Part shown: piece by piece, positions 6,923 through 16,303 of the stretch
Numbering within the stretch: position 1 is the stretch's first letter
How the letters are laid out: every line of letters starts with the position of its first letter
Assembly: GCA_964601485.1 (NCBI GenBank)
Contig: CAZRNP010000001.1
Coordinates: forward strand, 1-58,707
Origin: an uncultured archaeon
GTDB lineage: Archaea > Aenigmatarchaeota > Aenigmatarchaeia > CG10238-14
Direction of reading: 5' to 3'
DNA length: 58,707 nt
The notes under the pieces: generated by a model
Told to the model about the DNA's origin: nothing
Databases searched by the model: none
Seen by the model: only the letters and a program-made list of their open reading frames with translations
Program-made: the position numbers and the translations under genes

Positions 6923-8050
6923 ATGAATAGTTTTACTAAAAACGGAGAAAGGTTGAGAAGTCAGATATTTACAAACCTTCTAAAAAAAGTTGATCCTTTC
7001 TATGAAATACCTGTTAAAAATGGTCAACTTAATGAAAATGAACGGAATATTTTGAAATCTGCCTTACTCAAAAGCAAAGAACAAAGAAAAGTATATGGCG
7101 TGAATAAAAGCAACATTGATGAGGTTTTGGATAAAAGGTTAAAGTTATTCGCTGATGTATGGAGAGAATTCGAAGATTTAAGGATAAACGGATTAAAAAT
7201 ACCAGAAGACTTAACTTTGCGTCTCTGGAATGTTTACATACCTACTGATGAATGGATAGTTAATAAAAGAAGAAAGATTCCTGAAGATAAAGCCTATGTT
7301 TTGGGGATAAACGGTGGTCAGGGTTCTGGGAAGTCTACTCTAGTAGCAGTACTAAAGTTATTGCTCAAGAAATGGGGATATGATGCAGTTGCGGTATCTA
7401 TAGATGATTATTATCTGACTTATGAAGAGAGAGAAACATTGAAAAGGAGTGTGCCATTTTATTGGGCTAGAGGTCCGCCCGGCACACACAACGTAAAATT
7501 AGGCATAAATACATTCAGAAAATTGAAAAATAAAAAACCAGTTGAAATACCTGTGTTCGATAAGAGTTTGAAGAAAGGAGTTGGAGATAGATTACCCAAA
7601 GAAAGATGGCAAAAAGTAAATAGAGCAGATATAGTCTTGTTTGAAGGTGGCTGGGTAGGTTGTAGACCTGTACAAGAGAAAGAGTTAGATAAATCAACTG
7701 GAAATGAACTGATAGATAGGGTTGAAAAAAGAGATGATCCAAAAGGTAAATTCCGTAAAATAATTAATCGAGCACTAGAGAAATATCGTTCTTGGTTTGA
7801 CATTTGTGATAACTTGTGGGTATTGAAAGTTAGTTTACAACAAATAAGAGAAGGAAGGGGATTACAGGAAAGAAAATTGAGGGATGAAAAAGGAACGGGA
7901 ATGACTGATGAGGAAGTGGAAAGATTCTTAGATTATTGGGCACCTCCTACTTGGAGGTATATTTTACCTCTGAGTGAAAGCAAATACGCTGATATTGTTT
8001 TCGAAATAGGAGAAAATCATGATATTAAAAGATTGATTGCTAAAAAGTAG
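6923..8050 (+). CDS. P-loop kinase (uridine-kinase/PRK/glycerate-3-kinase-like)
   Basis: Walker A GINGGQGSGKSTLV followed by SIDDYYLT. The family call rests on motif resemblance only. Confidence 0.5.
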   Translation: MNSFTKNGERLRSQIFTNLLKKVDPFYEIPVKNGQLNENERNILKSALLKSKEQRKVYGVNKSNIDEVLDKRLKLFADVWREFEDLRINGLKIPEDLTLRLWNVYIPTDEWIVNKRRKIPEDKAYVLGINGGQGSGKSTLVAVLKLLLKKWGYDAVAVSIDDYYLTYEERETLKRSVPFYWARGPPGTHNVKLGINTFRKLKNKKPVEIPVFDKSLKKGVGDRLPKERWQKVNRADIVLFEGGWVGCRPVQEKELDKSTGNELIDRVEKRDDPKGKFRKIINRALEKYRSWFDICDNLWVLKVSLQQIREGRGLQERKLRDEKGTGMTDEEVERFLDYWAPPTWRYILPLSESKYADIVFEIGENHDIKRLIAKK

Positions 8051-9226
8051 TTAACCACATTTCTTCAACGTTCTCATTATTCTTTTATGTGTCTCTTCAA
8101 TCGTCAGAGCAGCAGTATTCAACTTTATACAAGGAACCATCGAGAACAAGAGTGAAAAATAATGTTCTTGCAGTTTTTCATTCAGATCTATTTGATAAGG
8201 ATAAGGATTGTACCAAGCTTCAGACCCTAACGTTCCCCACATCTCCTTTGGCCCTGCACCAGGCCTTATCATCAATTCACCCTTCCTCAACACTTCAATA
8301 GCTTCGTCTGATTTTAAAATCATCTCTGCAGGGTTTCCAGGCACTCTCTCCAATAGGATAATCAGATTTAATCTTGTTTTATCTATGACTTTTTCTGGTC
8401 CTAACAGTTTCTCACGTGGAACCATTACTCTGGAGTTACCAAAGGCATAATAACACCATTCCTTCCCTTCATCAAACACACATTTTCTCTCCCCTTTCTT
8501 ACATTCTTCTAAACAAACAGGATTCTCACAATCTTTTTTACTGATAACAATGTTCTCACACTTACATTTGTCAAAGATAGGACGTAGCCATGGAAAATCT
8601 TTCTCGTTCTCTGTACGCATGTACAAGCTCTTCTCTGGTTGTGTGACAATCAAGGCTGGTTTAGGGTTGCCTTCTTGGAAATTCACGTAGACCCAATCAT
8701 CACCGAGTATCCTGCCATCTGGACGTAAGAATAACTTAAAAGATTGTGTTGTCTTTCCAGTGCCAGTAGGAGCGATTAACACTACACCCTTACCGTTTAT
8801 ATCAGTACAAGCACCGTGGATGGAATGTATACCAAACTCTTCTGATAGTATGGCTGATGATGGTCCTAAAGTTCCCCTACTCTTACATTGTCCGTAATAA
8901 TCGTAGTTAATGAAGATGGATGTACGCCTCTCTGGGCAATAATAGATTGTTGGGTCCGTCCCATCAACACCATCAAGTGAATACAAGAATACACGTGAAG
9001 GTACGTCATCTGAAAGTAACCAGTTCTCCCTCCAGAATTCAAACTGATGGATGTTGTTCGTGATGAGCTCAACACCTATGCCGTTTAAGTTGGCTTTTGC
9101 TCTGTAGGTTTCTGGTTTTAGGAATTCAGGGATGATACCACTCAAGAGTTTATCTAGTTGACTCTTGTTGATAATCTTGTTAACTTTCACTCGGGATTTT
9201 TCACGTGTTGTGTAGTTGTCTAACAA
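8051..9226 (-). CDS. HprK/PEPCK-fold P-loop kinase-like protein with a Cys-rich insert
   Basis: GKGVVLIAPTGTGKTTQSFKLFLRPDGRILGDDWVYV resembles the HPr-kinase/PEPCK nucleotide-binding core. Cys cluster: CKCENIVISKKDCENPVCLEECKKGERKC. Confidence 0.45.
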   Translation of the reverse strand: MLDNYTTREKSRVKVNKIINKSQLDKLLSGIIPEFLKPETYRAKANLNGIGVELITNNIHQFEFWRENWLLSDDVPSRVFLYSLDGVDGTDPTIYYCPERRTSIFINYDYYGQCKSRGTLGPSSAILSEEFGIHSIHGACTDINGKGVVLIAPTGTGKTTQSFKLFLRPDGRILGDDWVYVNFQEGNPKPALIVTQPEKSLYMRTENEKDFPWLRPIFDKCKCENIVISKKDCENPVCLEECKKGERKCVFDEGKEWCYYAFGNSRVMVPREKLLGPEKVIDKTRLNLIILLERVPGNPAEMILKSDEAIEVLRKGELMIRPGAGPKEMWGTLGSEAWYNPYPYQIDLNEKLQEHYFSLLFSMVPCIKLNTAALTIEETHKRIMRTLKKCG

Positions 9227-9372
9227 AAAAACACCAAACTTTTTTAACTAACTTATGAACGGACATGAAGATAAATTTTTTTTAAAAAAATTATCATTTT
9301 GTTTATTTATAGAAAATTTATATGACATAAAGTAAAAAAGTTTAAATATTTTAATACCAAAAATTTAACATT

Positions 9373-9843
9373 ATGACAAAGGAAAAAGATCGCTTATTAA
9401 TGACGGAATTGATGGAAGATAGTAGGCAAAAAATCAACAGGTTGGCGGAGAAATGTCATATGACTAGACAGAGTGTTTATGCTAAGATTAACGAATTCAG
9501 GAGTAAAGGTATAAACTTCACGATAGACGTGAACCCTGAAAGCATCGGGCTCAACATGAGGGTCTATATCCTGATAGAAGCAGAACCCCAGACAAAGTTC
9601 AGGGAGGAATGTGATGAACAGATAAAAAAGTTTAAGGAAATTTCACAAGTTCATTATATTCTTGGAAGGTTTGACATTATCGTAGAAGTCTTGATTAAAG
9701 ACAGAGAAGAATTGAGGAATGTGTTGGAAAAAATACACAGTCTACCGGCTGTTAAGAAGACAGAGACTTTCATAGTGTATGAAACAACTAAATTGAACAC
9801 AAAGGAGCCTTTAATGAATGTTTTAAGTTCTGAAATTAAGTAA
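9373..9843 (+). CDS. Lrp/AsnC-family transcriptional regulator
   Basis: N-terminal HTH (INRLAEKCHMTRQSVYAKINEFRSKGI) plus a C-terminal RAM-like domain; typical length of 156 aa. Confidence 0.8.
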   Translation: MTKEKDRLLMTELMEDSRQKINRLAEKCHMTRQSVYAKINEFRSKGINFTIDVNPESIGLNMRVYILIEAEPQTKFREECDEQIKKFKEISQVHYILGRFDIIVEVLIKDREELRNVLEKIHSLPAVKKTETFIVYETTKLNTKEPLMNVLSSEIK

Positions 9844-9955
9844 ATTTTCCATAGGAAGTGCACTAGAAATAAAGGTTACTCCATGAGAAATTCAAGAGAA
9901 AAATAGGTTACAAAGTATACTAATTCATTTAAATATAATAGAAGAAAAATATAAT

Positions 9956-10004
9956 TGGGTTTAATTCTAATTCGTCTTGGGTACTGTTAAGTGGGTTTAA
10001 TTCT
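9956..10004. promoter_or_regulatory. Two perfect 13-bp direct repeats TGGGTTTAATTCT upstream of ftsZ
   Basis: Copies at 9956-9968 and 9992-10004 (36-bp period). A related AGGTTTAAT lies at about 10082. Confidence 0.4.
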
Positions 10005-10109
10005 TAAAGTCTTCAACGAACTTTTTCTTCATAAATAATTACGATTCGCTGATTTAAAAAAAAATCGACGAATCAAAATATAGGTTTAATGAAATAGGAG
10101 GAAATAAAA

Positions 10110-11261
10110 ATGGATACTATAATGCAAAGTGCATTGAAGAGAACTTTTGGAAATGAGACTGAATGTTTTGATAGGTTTAAGTTACAAACCAATTCTGGTG
10201 TAACGAAAACAAATATCGATTACTTCAAACAGGCTGAGGAAGAGTTTGGTTTCTCGGTTAAGAAGGCAAGGATCGTAGTGTTTGGATGTGGTGGAGCTGG
10301 ACAAAACACAGTAACCAGATTAAATGAAATGGGAATTCAAGGCGCTAACACTATCTCGATAAATACTGACGCCAAGGCCTTGACAGTAGGTAAAGCAGAT
10401 AAGAAGATCCTTCTCGGTAAGGATGTTACTAGAGGACTAGGTGCTGGTGGTTATCCAGAAATTGGTAAAAAGGCTGCTGAAGAAGAGAGGAATGAAATTA
10501 AAGAAGCGTTAGAAGGAGCTGACTTAGTCTTCGTTTGCGCAGGTGAAGGTGGAGGTACAGGAACTGGATCTGCTCCTGTCGTAGCAGAAATTGCAAAATC
10601 GATGAACGCCATCGTTATAGGAGTTGTAACTATGCCCTTCAAGATTGAAGGTGCGAGGATTGGAAAAGCAGAAGACGGTCTAGCAAGATTAAGAGGAGTA
10701 ACAGACACAGTCATCGTGATAGAGAACGATAGGTTGTTGAAGTATGCTGGTAACTTACCGATTCAACAGGCATTCGCGTTCGCAGATGAACTGATCGCAT
10801 CGATGGTAAAGGGAATAACCGAAACGATTACATTGCCTTCATTGGTTAACGTAGACTATGCAGACGTAAGAGCGATAATGCATGCTGGTGGTGTAGCCGC
10901 TCTAGGTGTAGGTGAGAGCAACAGTTCTGACAGAGCTATGGATGCTGTTACAAAAGCTTTGACTAATCCATTGTTGGATGTTGACTATACTGGAGCAAAG
11001 GGTGCATTGATACACATAACTGGTGGCAACGACCTAAGGCTGGACGAGGTAAATGCAATCGGACAAACAGTGTCTCAATATCTAGACCCATCTGCCCAAG
11101 TAATATGGGGAGCAAGAATCTTACCAGAGTTCAACGGAAAGGTACAAGTTATATCGATCATAACCGGAGTACAATCGCCTTACATACTAGGACCTGTCTC
11201 TTGTGAAAAGCCAGTCTTGAGAGAGATGAGTCAAGCACTCGGTATCGACATAATAAGATAA
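10110..11261 (+). CDS. ftsZ: Cell division protein FtsZ
   Basis: GCGGAGQN, the tubulin signature GGGTGTGSAPVVAEIAK, and GLGAGGYPEIG. SD-like aggagg upstream. Confidence 0.95.
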   Translation: MDTIMQSALKRTFGNETECFDRFKLQTNSGVTKTNIDYFKQAEEEFGFSVKKARIVVFGCGGAGQNTVTRLNEMGIQGANTISINTDAKALTVGKADKKILLGKDVTRGLGAGGYPEIGKKAAEEERNEIKEALEGADLVFVCAGEGGGTGTGSAPVVAEIAKSMNAIVIGVVTMPFKIEGARIGKAEDGLARLRGVTDTVIVIENDRLLKYAGNLPIQQAFAFADELIASMVKGITETITLPSLVNVDYADVRAIMHAGGVAALGVGESNSSDRAMDAVTKALTNPLLDVDYTGAKGALIHITGGNDLRLDEVNAIGQTVSQYLDPSAQVIWGARILPEFNGKVQVISIITGVQSPYILGPVSCEKPVLREMSQALGIDIIR

Positions 11262-11289
11262 TGCTTAAAAGGGATGAACACCCCCTCCC

Positions 11290-11304
11290 TTTTTCTTTTT
11301 TTTT
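11290..11304 (+). terminator. Oligo-T tract after ftsZ (archaeal-type terminator candidate)
   Basis: tttttcttttttttt lies about 30 nt after the ftsZ stop. Confidence 0.4.
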
Positions 11305-11337
11305 GGGAAAATCAAAGAGGTGAAAATTAAAGTGATA

Positions 11338-11523
11338 ATGGAAGATGTAATATTTAGCTTGATAAAGAAGGAGAAAGAAGTAAAAGGAATGGTCTACGAC
11401 CCAAAGATAATGAAGATGGCAACTTTACTGAACATACACCCTGATGCTTACGAGAAAGTTAAAGAAAGGCTTATTGAACAAGGAAAGATAGGAAAGAGCG
11501 GTCTCAAACTGCTTCTTCTCTAA
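11338..11523 (+). CDS. Small hypothetical protein (61 aa from the ATG; GTG at 11320/11332 also possible)
   Basis: ORF 11320..11523 with aagaggtga upstream. Possibly a winged-helix-like fold, but that is a guess. Confidence 0.4.
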   Translation: MEDVIFSLIKKEKEVKGMVYDPKIMKMATLLNIHPDAYEKVKERLIEQGKIGKSGLKLLLL

Positions 11524-11675
11524 TCCTTTTTCTTTTTTTATTTTATATAATAAATCTTAGAATTCTTGTCATAAGTTTTGGATAGGTTAGCATCCAATCT
11601 TTATTTTTTCATAACAACTTTACTCCATCAAAATCTGTTTATATGCTATTTGAGAATTATCAGTTGGTGTTCAAG

Positions 11676-11801
11676 ATGCTATGCAAATACTGTAATGGGT
11701 ATGTGAATTACAGGTTTATTCATGGCTTAACGAAGACTGAGATATGTTTACTATGTGGCAACGTCACGAATAAAAACAGGATTTTCATGACCTTCTTTTA
11801 A
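11676..11801 (+). CDS. Small zinc-ribbon protein (41 aa)
   Basis: Not in the track. My translation is MLCKYCNGYVNYRFIHGLTKTEICLLCGNVTNKNRIFMTFF (CxxC...CxxC). Confidence 0.35.
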   Translation: MLCKYCNGYVNYRFIHGLTKTEICLLCGNVTNKNRIFMTFF

Positions 11802-11880
11802 TTTTTTTAATAATCGTATAATAAAATAAAAAGGAGAAATCTTTTTATATATTAATGATATAACTGATAAGTGGTTAATA

Positions 11881-12477
11881 ATGCCTATTCATATAGTCGG
11901 ACTTGATACTAGAAGACTGGTGGTACCCAAAGTTATAGGTAAAAATTTACATGGTTTAACTAGCCTTTTGGAAGAGACGAAGGGTGCTCTCATTTATCCT
12001 AGAGGTTTAACTTATACACCTCTAAAAACTCTACCAGAAAAAGACTATGTTGCTTACATGTATATCACAGGTACTGGACCTCCTCTTTGTGTTCCAGGCG
12101 ATATTAGACGAAATATGGTAGTGAACACATTTTTAGAAAGAAATCCAGACTACAGATTCGTCGACTTTCACACACACAGCAAAGGTACAATCGCGAAATA
12201 TGGAAAGTACTATTTAAGTAATTTTTCTCCCGGAGATGAAGAAGCCATCAGAGACAGTTTTAAAAATAATCCAGATTATAGACATTTACTTGTTACACCT
12301 GCAAGATTTAAATTAGTTGGTAGAAATCCACATACAGGAGAAGTTGTTGGTCAGAGATTTACTATGGAGAATTATCGCGGATTTCAAAGTTTTAATCAAA
12401 TTATCCGTGAAGCATTTGCAAAAATAAAGAAGGATTTAGGGTATAATTTAGAACCTTTTGAAGCTAATAGAATTTAA
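11881..12477 (+). CDS. JAB/MPN (JAMM) metalloprotease-like protein
   Basis: A JAMM-like motif: FHTHSKGTIAKYGKYYLSNFSPGD (HxH...SxxD). Confidence 0.55.
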   Translation: MPIHIVGLDTRRLVVPKVIGKNLHGLTSLLEETKGALIYPRGLTYTPLKTLPEKDYVAYMYITGTGPPLCVPGDIRRNMVVNTFLERNPDYRFVDFHTHSKGTIAKYGKYYLSNFSPGDEEAIRDSFKNNPDYRHLLVTPARFKLVGRNPHTGEVVGQRFTMENYRGFQSFNQIIREAFAKIKKDLGYNLEPFEANRI

Positions 12478-12503
12478 TGGAATGATAGTCAGAAATTAAA
12501 ATT

Positions 12504-13781
12504 CTAAACATTAATCGCTATAGCTGCTTCACCAGCATGCCATGATAACCTTGGTCTCATTTGAACAGTGTAAATCCTTTCAGAATTATCATCCAGTATT
12601 ATTGCCGTTCCCAACCATTTGGGTAAAGAATCAATGTACTTCCACATGTCTTCCGCCAGATAAGTCTGCATCACAGCATGTAAAGCCTTCATATCATCTT
12701 GTGACGTTAACCTGTGAGAAATAACTATATCACACTGTGAGATTACATCAGGATGTACTTTATTCGGCATCTGGGTCATAGGAATGAAGGATATACCAGG
12801 CTCTCTCCCCTGCTTGACTATCGTTAACAACGGGTTTGTCGACACAGTCACAGTGTCAGAAGGAATGAATTGATGTGCTTCATCTATAAACAGCCAAACC
12901 ATCGGTTTTCTATCTTTTAACTCGATTTCACCCATCTTTGCAAGTTCTTCTTGTTTTCTAGCTAAAACTCTCTGTTCGTATATTTTTCTCGCTATCAACG
13001 CAACCAACAAGTTACGGACAGACCATGCCTCTGTTGCCCTGAGACGGGAGACGTCGAAAACGTTTACAAAACCAGGCTTCATTATCTCTTCAATCTTTAT
13101 CCCTTCTTCTCCGAACACGCCCCATTGGGATGCGACTGACAGCATGTTTTCAAGAGTCGATTTGGTTTGAGTGTCTATAGACCTTCCATCTGTTATCTCT
13201 GACATCAGGTCGTTTATCTGGAATTTTTCTCCTCTGTCGTTGAGTTTGTTCACGGTCCTCTGAAGGGCTACTGCTATCGGGTTTGTCATCGGTAGATTGA
13301 AGGCTAATGCCCAGTCTTCACCCGAGAATTCATGAGGAGCGATAGAAATCCCGAAGTCTACTGGGATGTTCGCATCTTCAAACGATTTTTTCTGTTCAAA
13401 TGGAACGTAGACTTTAACTCTATCTTTTAATCCTGTCGGCTTCAATCCCCATTTATCCAACTCGACTACTTGTTGTTCGTTCGGTATTTTAGTGCTCCAG
13501 TAAATACCCATCGTGTCTATTACGACGGCTGTCAAGTTTTTCCTGTATTCTTCTGGTAATAAGGCAATCTCTTCCATGATTACACCCGCTGAATAGCTTT
13601 TCCCGGTACCTCTCTTGCCGCATATTAACATGACATGAGGCCTTAGTAAATCCAGGACGATTTGATTCGTCAGATGGGCTTCTTCCCTTTCTCCGACGAT
13701 GTGTTTGCCTATGTAACCTGAACACTTTATCCCATAATCTTTCAGGTCTTCTTTCCTTCTGCCGACGACGATCTCATGCAT
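12504..13781 (-). CDS. HerA/FtsK-superfamily P-loop ATPase (DUF87-like)
   Basis: Walker A LICGKRGTGKSYS and Walker B VWLFIDEAHQFIP. At 425 aa it is shorter than canonical HerA, and there is no adjacent NurA. Confidence 0.7.
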   Translation of the reverse strand: MHEIVVGRRKEDLKDYGIKCSGYIGKHIVGEREEAHLTNQIVLDLLRPHVMLICGKRGTGKSYSAGVIMEEIALLPEEYRKNLTAVVIDTMGIYWSTKIPNEQQVVELDKWGLKPTGLKDRVKVYVPFEQKKSFEDANIPVDFGISIAPHEFSGEDWALAFNLPMTNPIAVALQRTVNKLNDRGEKFQINDLMSEITDGRSIDTQTKSTLENMLSVASQWGVFGEEGIKIEEIMKPGFVNVFDVSRLRATEAWSVRNLLVALIARKIYEQRVLARKQEELAKMGEIELKDRKPMVWLFIDEAHQFIPSDTVTVSTNPLLTIVKQGREPGISFIPMTQMPNKVHPDVISQCDIVISHRLTSQDDMKALHAVMQTYLAEDMWKYIDSLPKWLGTAIILDDNSERIYTVQMRPRLSWHAGEAAIAINV

Positions 13782-13826
13782 AATAAAATTTTTTGTTTTC
13801 TAGGAAGATATAGATTTTAAGTTAAA

Positions 13827-14135
13827 TCAACTGCATAATGAGAGTATAAAAGCCATGTTCTCTTTAGCCTTTACCGAATGAACTGCATTTTTTTGCATAA
13901 ATATAAACACACCAGATGACATGACGATGTCTTCTCCTTCCAGATTAAACGTCCCCTTACCTTCTACAACGAAAATAAACCCTTCTTTTGTCGATGTGTG
14001 TTCTGATATTTCTGTTCCTTTTGCCATACAGAACAAGGTAATATTGCTTTTATCAGTATTAACCAAAACCTTACTCAGTATTCCATCCTTGGAGTACTCG
14101 ATAAGTTTGTCTATACTCTTCCATTTCTGATTCAT
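13827..14135 (-). CDS. Cupin-domain protein
   Basis: GTEISEHTSTKEGFIFVVEGKGTF...NAVHSVKA matches the cupin motif spacing. Confidence 0.7.
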   Translation of the reverse strand: MNQKWKSIDKLIEYSKDGILSKVLVNTDKSNITLFCMAKGTEISEHTSTKEGFIFVVEGKGTFNLEGEDIVMSSGVFIFMQKNAVHSVKAKENMAFILSLCS

Positions 14136-15310
14136 TCTTTATCCTCATTTATTCTTTTCCTTGAAATAAAGAAAATCAAAGCTGCTATAGAGATCAACCC
14201 TGCAAAGATGAACGCATAATTTGGGTTTATCTTCCATAGGAATCCTGCTATCACTGAAGCTGGGAGATATATCACACCAGTTGCAAAGTTGTAAACGCCT
14301 ATTGCTGTTGCCCTCCTTGTTTTTTCTAAGTCAGTTATGTATGCCTTGCTTTGACTCTCGTCTATCGCATAGAAGATTCCAAACAGACAGAATAATGAAA
14401 TCACTTGGAGTTTTGAAGTCGCAAATATAAACCCTAGACACATTATGAAGTAAACGATGTACTCTAATGCGATTATCTTCCTTCTACCTACTCGATCCCC
14501 AAGTTTTCCGATCGGAGCAGCGACCAAGACGAATGCAACGTTAAAGAGGGCATACAATAGCACTACATCCTTTATCTCAAAACCGACATGATAAGCTTTC
14601 AACAATAAGAAACTAAAACTGAAATAAGCTAAGGAGAATATACCTGCTGCATAGAAGTAATGTTTAAAGCCTTTGGTCATATCCTTGTAACCCTTGAAAA
14701 TGTTTTCTCTTTTACTAGGTTTTGCAGGTCTGTCTTTTATGAATGAAATAAGTATAACAGAAGCTATCGCAGGAACTATGGCTATCCAGAATAAAAGTTT
14801 GAATGAACTCGCAGTCTGACCGAAACTACTCAAAACCCAATAAGCTATGAATGGACCAAGGACAGCTCCTAACTTATCAAGAGTCTTGTGAACGCCGAAT
14901 GAAACTCCTCTGTTGGATTCAGTGGTTAACGATGATATCCAGGCATCCCTAGGTGGTCCTCTGAAAGATTTACCCAGCCTTTCTACAACTCTGAATGCTC
15001 CTGCCAAAATCACTGAATTGGTAAAAAGAAGTATTGATTTTGCGATTGTTGAAAAACCGTAACCTAAAGCGGCAAACCTTTTTCTTTTTCCTGTCTTGTC
15101 TGAGATAAAACCTGAGATATAATCTAAAGACGAAGCAGAAAAATCAGCTAGACCCTCAATCATCCCGAGCAACATTACAGAGGCCCCGAGAATTACAGTA
15201 AGGAATATCGAGAATATTGAAAAGATCATCTCAGAACTGATGTCTGTAAGGAAACTGACGATGCCTAGAAGGAATATGTTCTTGTCTATACCTAGAACTT
15301 TTTTTCTCAT
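14132..15310 (-). CDS. MFS transporter
   Basis: Many hydrophobic helices and the MFS motif-A-like GKLGDRVGRRK. Confidence 0.8.
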   Translation of the reverse strand: MRKKVLGIDKNIFLLGIVSFLTDISSEMIFSIFSIFLTVILGASVMLLGMIEGLADFSASSLDYISGFISDKTGKRKRFAALGYGFSTIAKSILLFTNSVILAGAFRVVERLGKSFRGPPRDAWISSLTTESNRGVSFGVHKTLDKLGAVLGPFIAYWVLSSFGQTASSFKLLFWIAIVPAIASVILISFIKDRPAKPSKRENIFKGYKDMTKGFKHYFYAAGIFSLAYFSFSFLLLKAYHVGFEIKDVVLLYALFNVAFVLVAAPIGKLGDRVGRRKIIALEYIVYFIMCLGFIFATSKLQVISLFCLFGIFYAIDESQSKAYITDLEKTRRATAIGVYNFATGVIYLPASVIAGFLWKINPNYAFIFAGLISIAALIFFISRKRINEDKE

Positions 15311-15398
15311 ATTAGAAAGTTAAGTTACAATTAATAAATATTTTTTTTCCCTCTTTTTCTCTTATTATAAAAGTTAAAGGAAAGAACAAGGGAATTTT

Positions 15399-16034
15399 TC
15401 ACGAATCGGATTTTTTATGTTTTTCTAAAAGTTCTTTTATTTGTTGTATGTTTTCTTGTTTTCCTTTATCTCTTATTGATCTGGCTGCATTTGTGAAATA
15501 CGAATGGGCTTCTAGAAAACTAAGTTGTTCCTTATACCATTCTTTAACTGTTTTTGGCATACCATATTCTCTTAATTCTTTTCTTAAGTTTTCACTCTTA
15601 ACAAAGAAATCTTCTCTACCGAGGGAATCCAAATCTGAATCACACATTATTTTTTGTAAAATATCTCTCGTATCAGGTTTTTGTATAAGTTTACCATCTA
15701 CTGATTGTAATGGTGTTGCCAGAATTATTTTACTAATTCTGTAAATTTGGCCTTTAGAATATCCAAAACGTGGTAAAGTTTCAGATGCAATTCTAACGCC
15801 TATAGGTTCATTTTTTGCATATTGCTCTAGATAACCAGTATCATGATATACTGTGGCAGTTCGTAATAGTAACAAATCTTCACCCTTAACTCTTTCCATT
15901 TTTGCTAATCTTTCTGCAGCTGGTAATACGTCATCTCTTGTATGATGAATATCATGATAGAATAGATTTGATGGTAATTTTTGCAGTAATTCAAATGCAT
16001 ATTCTCTTGCAGCTTCAAAATTCGGTTTTTGCAT
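15399..16034 (-). CDS. HD-domain phosphohydrolase
   Basis: YHDIHHT...YHDTGY...DSDLDSLG. The gene is flanked by cassette-type ends (see findings). Confidence 0.75.
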   Translation of the reverse strand: MQKPNFEAAREYAFELLQKLPSNLFYHDIHHTRDDVLPAAERLAKMERVKGEDLLLLRTATVYHDTGYLEQYAKNEPIGVRIASETLPRFGYSKGQIYRISKIILATPLQSVDGKLIQKPDTRDILQKIMCDSDLDSLGREDFFVKSENLRKELREYGMPKTVKEWYKEQLSFLEAHSYFTNAARSIRDKGKQENIQQIKELLEKHKKSDS

Positions 16035-16104
16035 ATTTTTATGAGTAATTTACCTATTTTTAAACATTTCTATACTTTTGTCACTAAGTGATAATTACAC
16101 TACT

Positions 16105-16163
16105 GGATAACTACGTGGCGAGTGAAAATTTTCGACTGTATCTCCAGTAATTTTGGTTAACGG
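16105..16163 (-). repeat. Inverted copy (56/59 identical) of the cassette-5 left end at 4165-4223
   Basis: The reverse complement is ccgttaaccaaaattactggagatacagtcgaaaattttcactcgccacgtagttatcc. The copy at 4165 is ccgttagccaaaattactggagacacagtcgaaaattttcactcgccacgtaattatcc. Confidence 0.9.
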
Positions 16164-16224
16164 CTATTTTTAATGTTATAAAAACAATTCTTATTAAAAA
16201 TTAAAGTTTCTTAATAATATCTAA

Positions 16225-16300
16225 GGGGTAGTGGTCTAGCCTGGTCTATGACACCAGCTTGGGGTGTTGGTAATCCCGTGTTCAAATCACGGCTACCCCA
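16225..16300 (+). tRNA. tRNA-Pro (anticodon GGG)
   Basis: Hand-folded cloverleaf: acceptor GGGGTAG/CTACCCC, anticodon arm CCAGC-TTGGGGT-GTTGG, T arm CCGTG-TTCAAAT-CACGG, G37, A73; 76 nt. Confidence 0.9.
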
Positions 16301-16303
16301 TTT

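Noticed and set aside
4165-16163. The 59-bp inverted repeat pair (4165-4223 and 16105-16163) could mark the termini of a 12-kb mobile element.
   Set aside because: The interior holds core housekeeping genes (spt4, eS24, eS31, ftsZ). Each copy is better explained as the left end of its own adjacent cassette (ORF 4314 and the HD gene).
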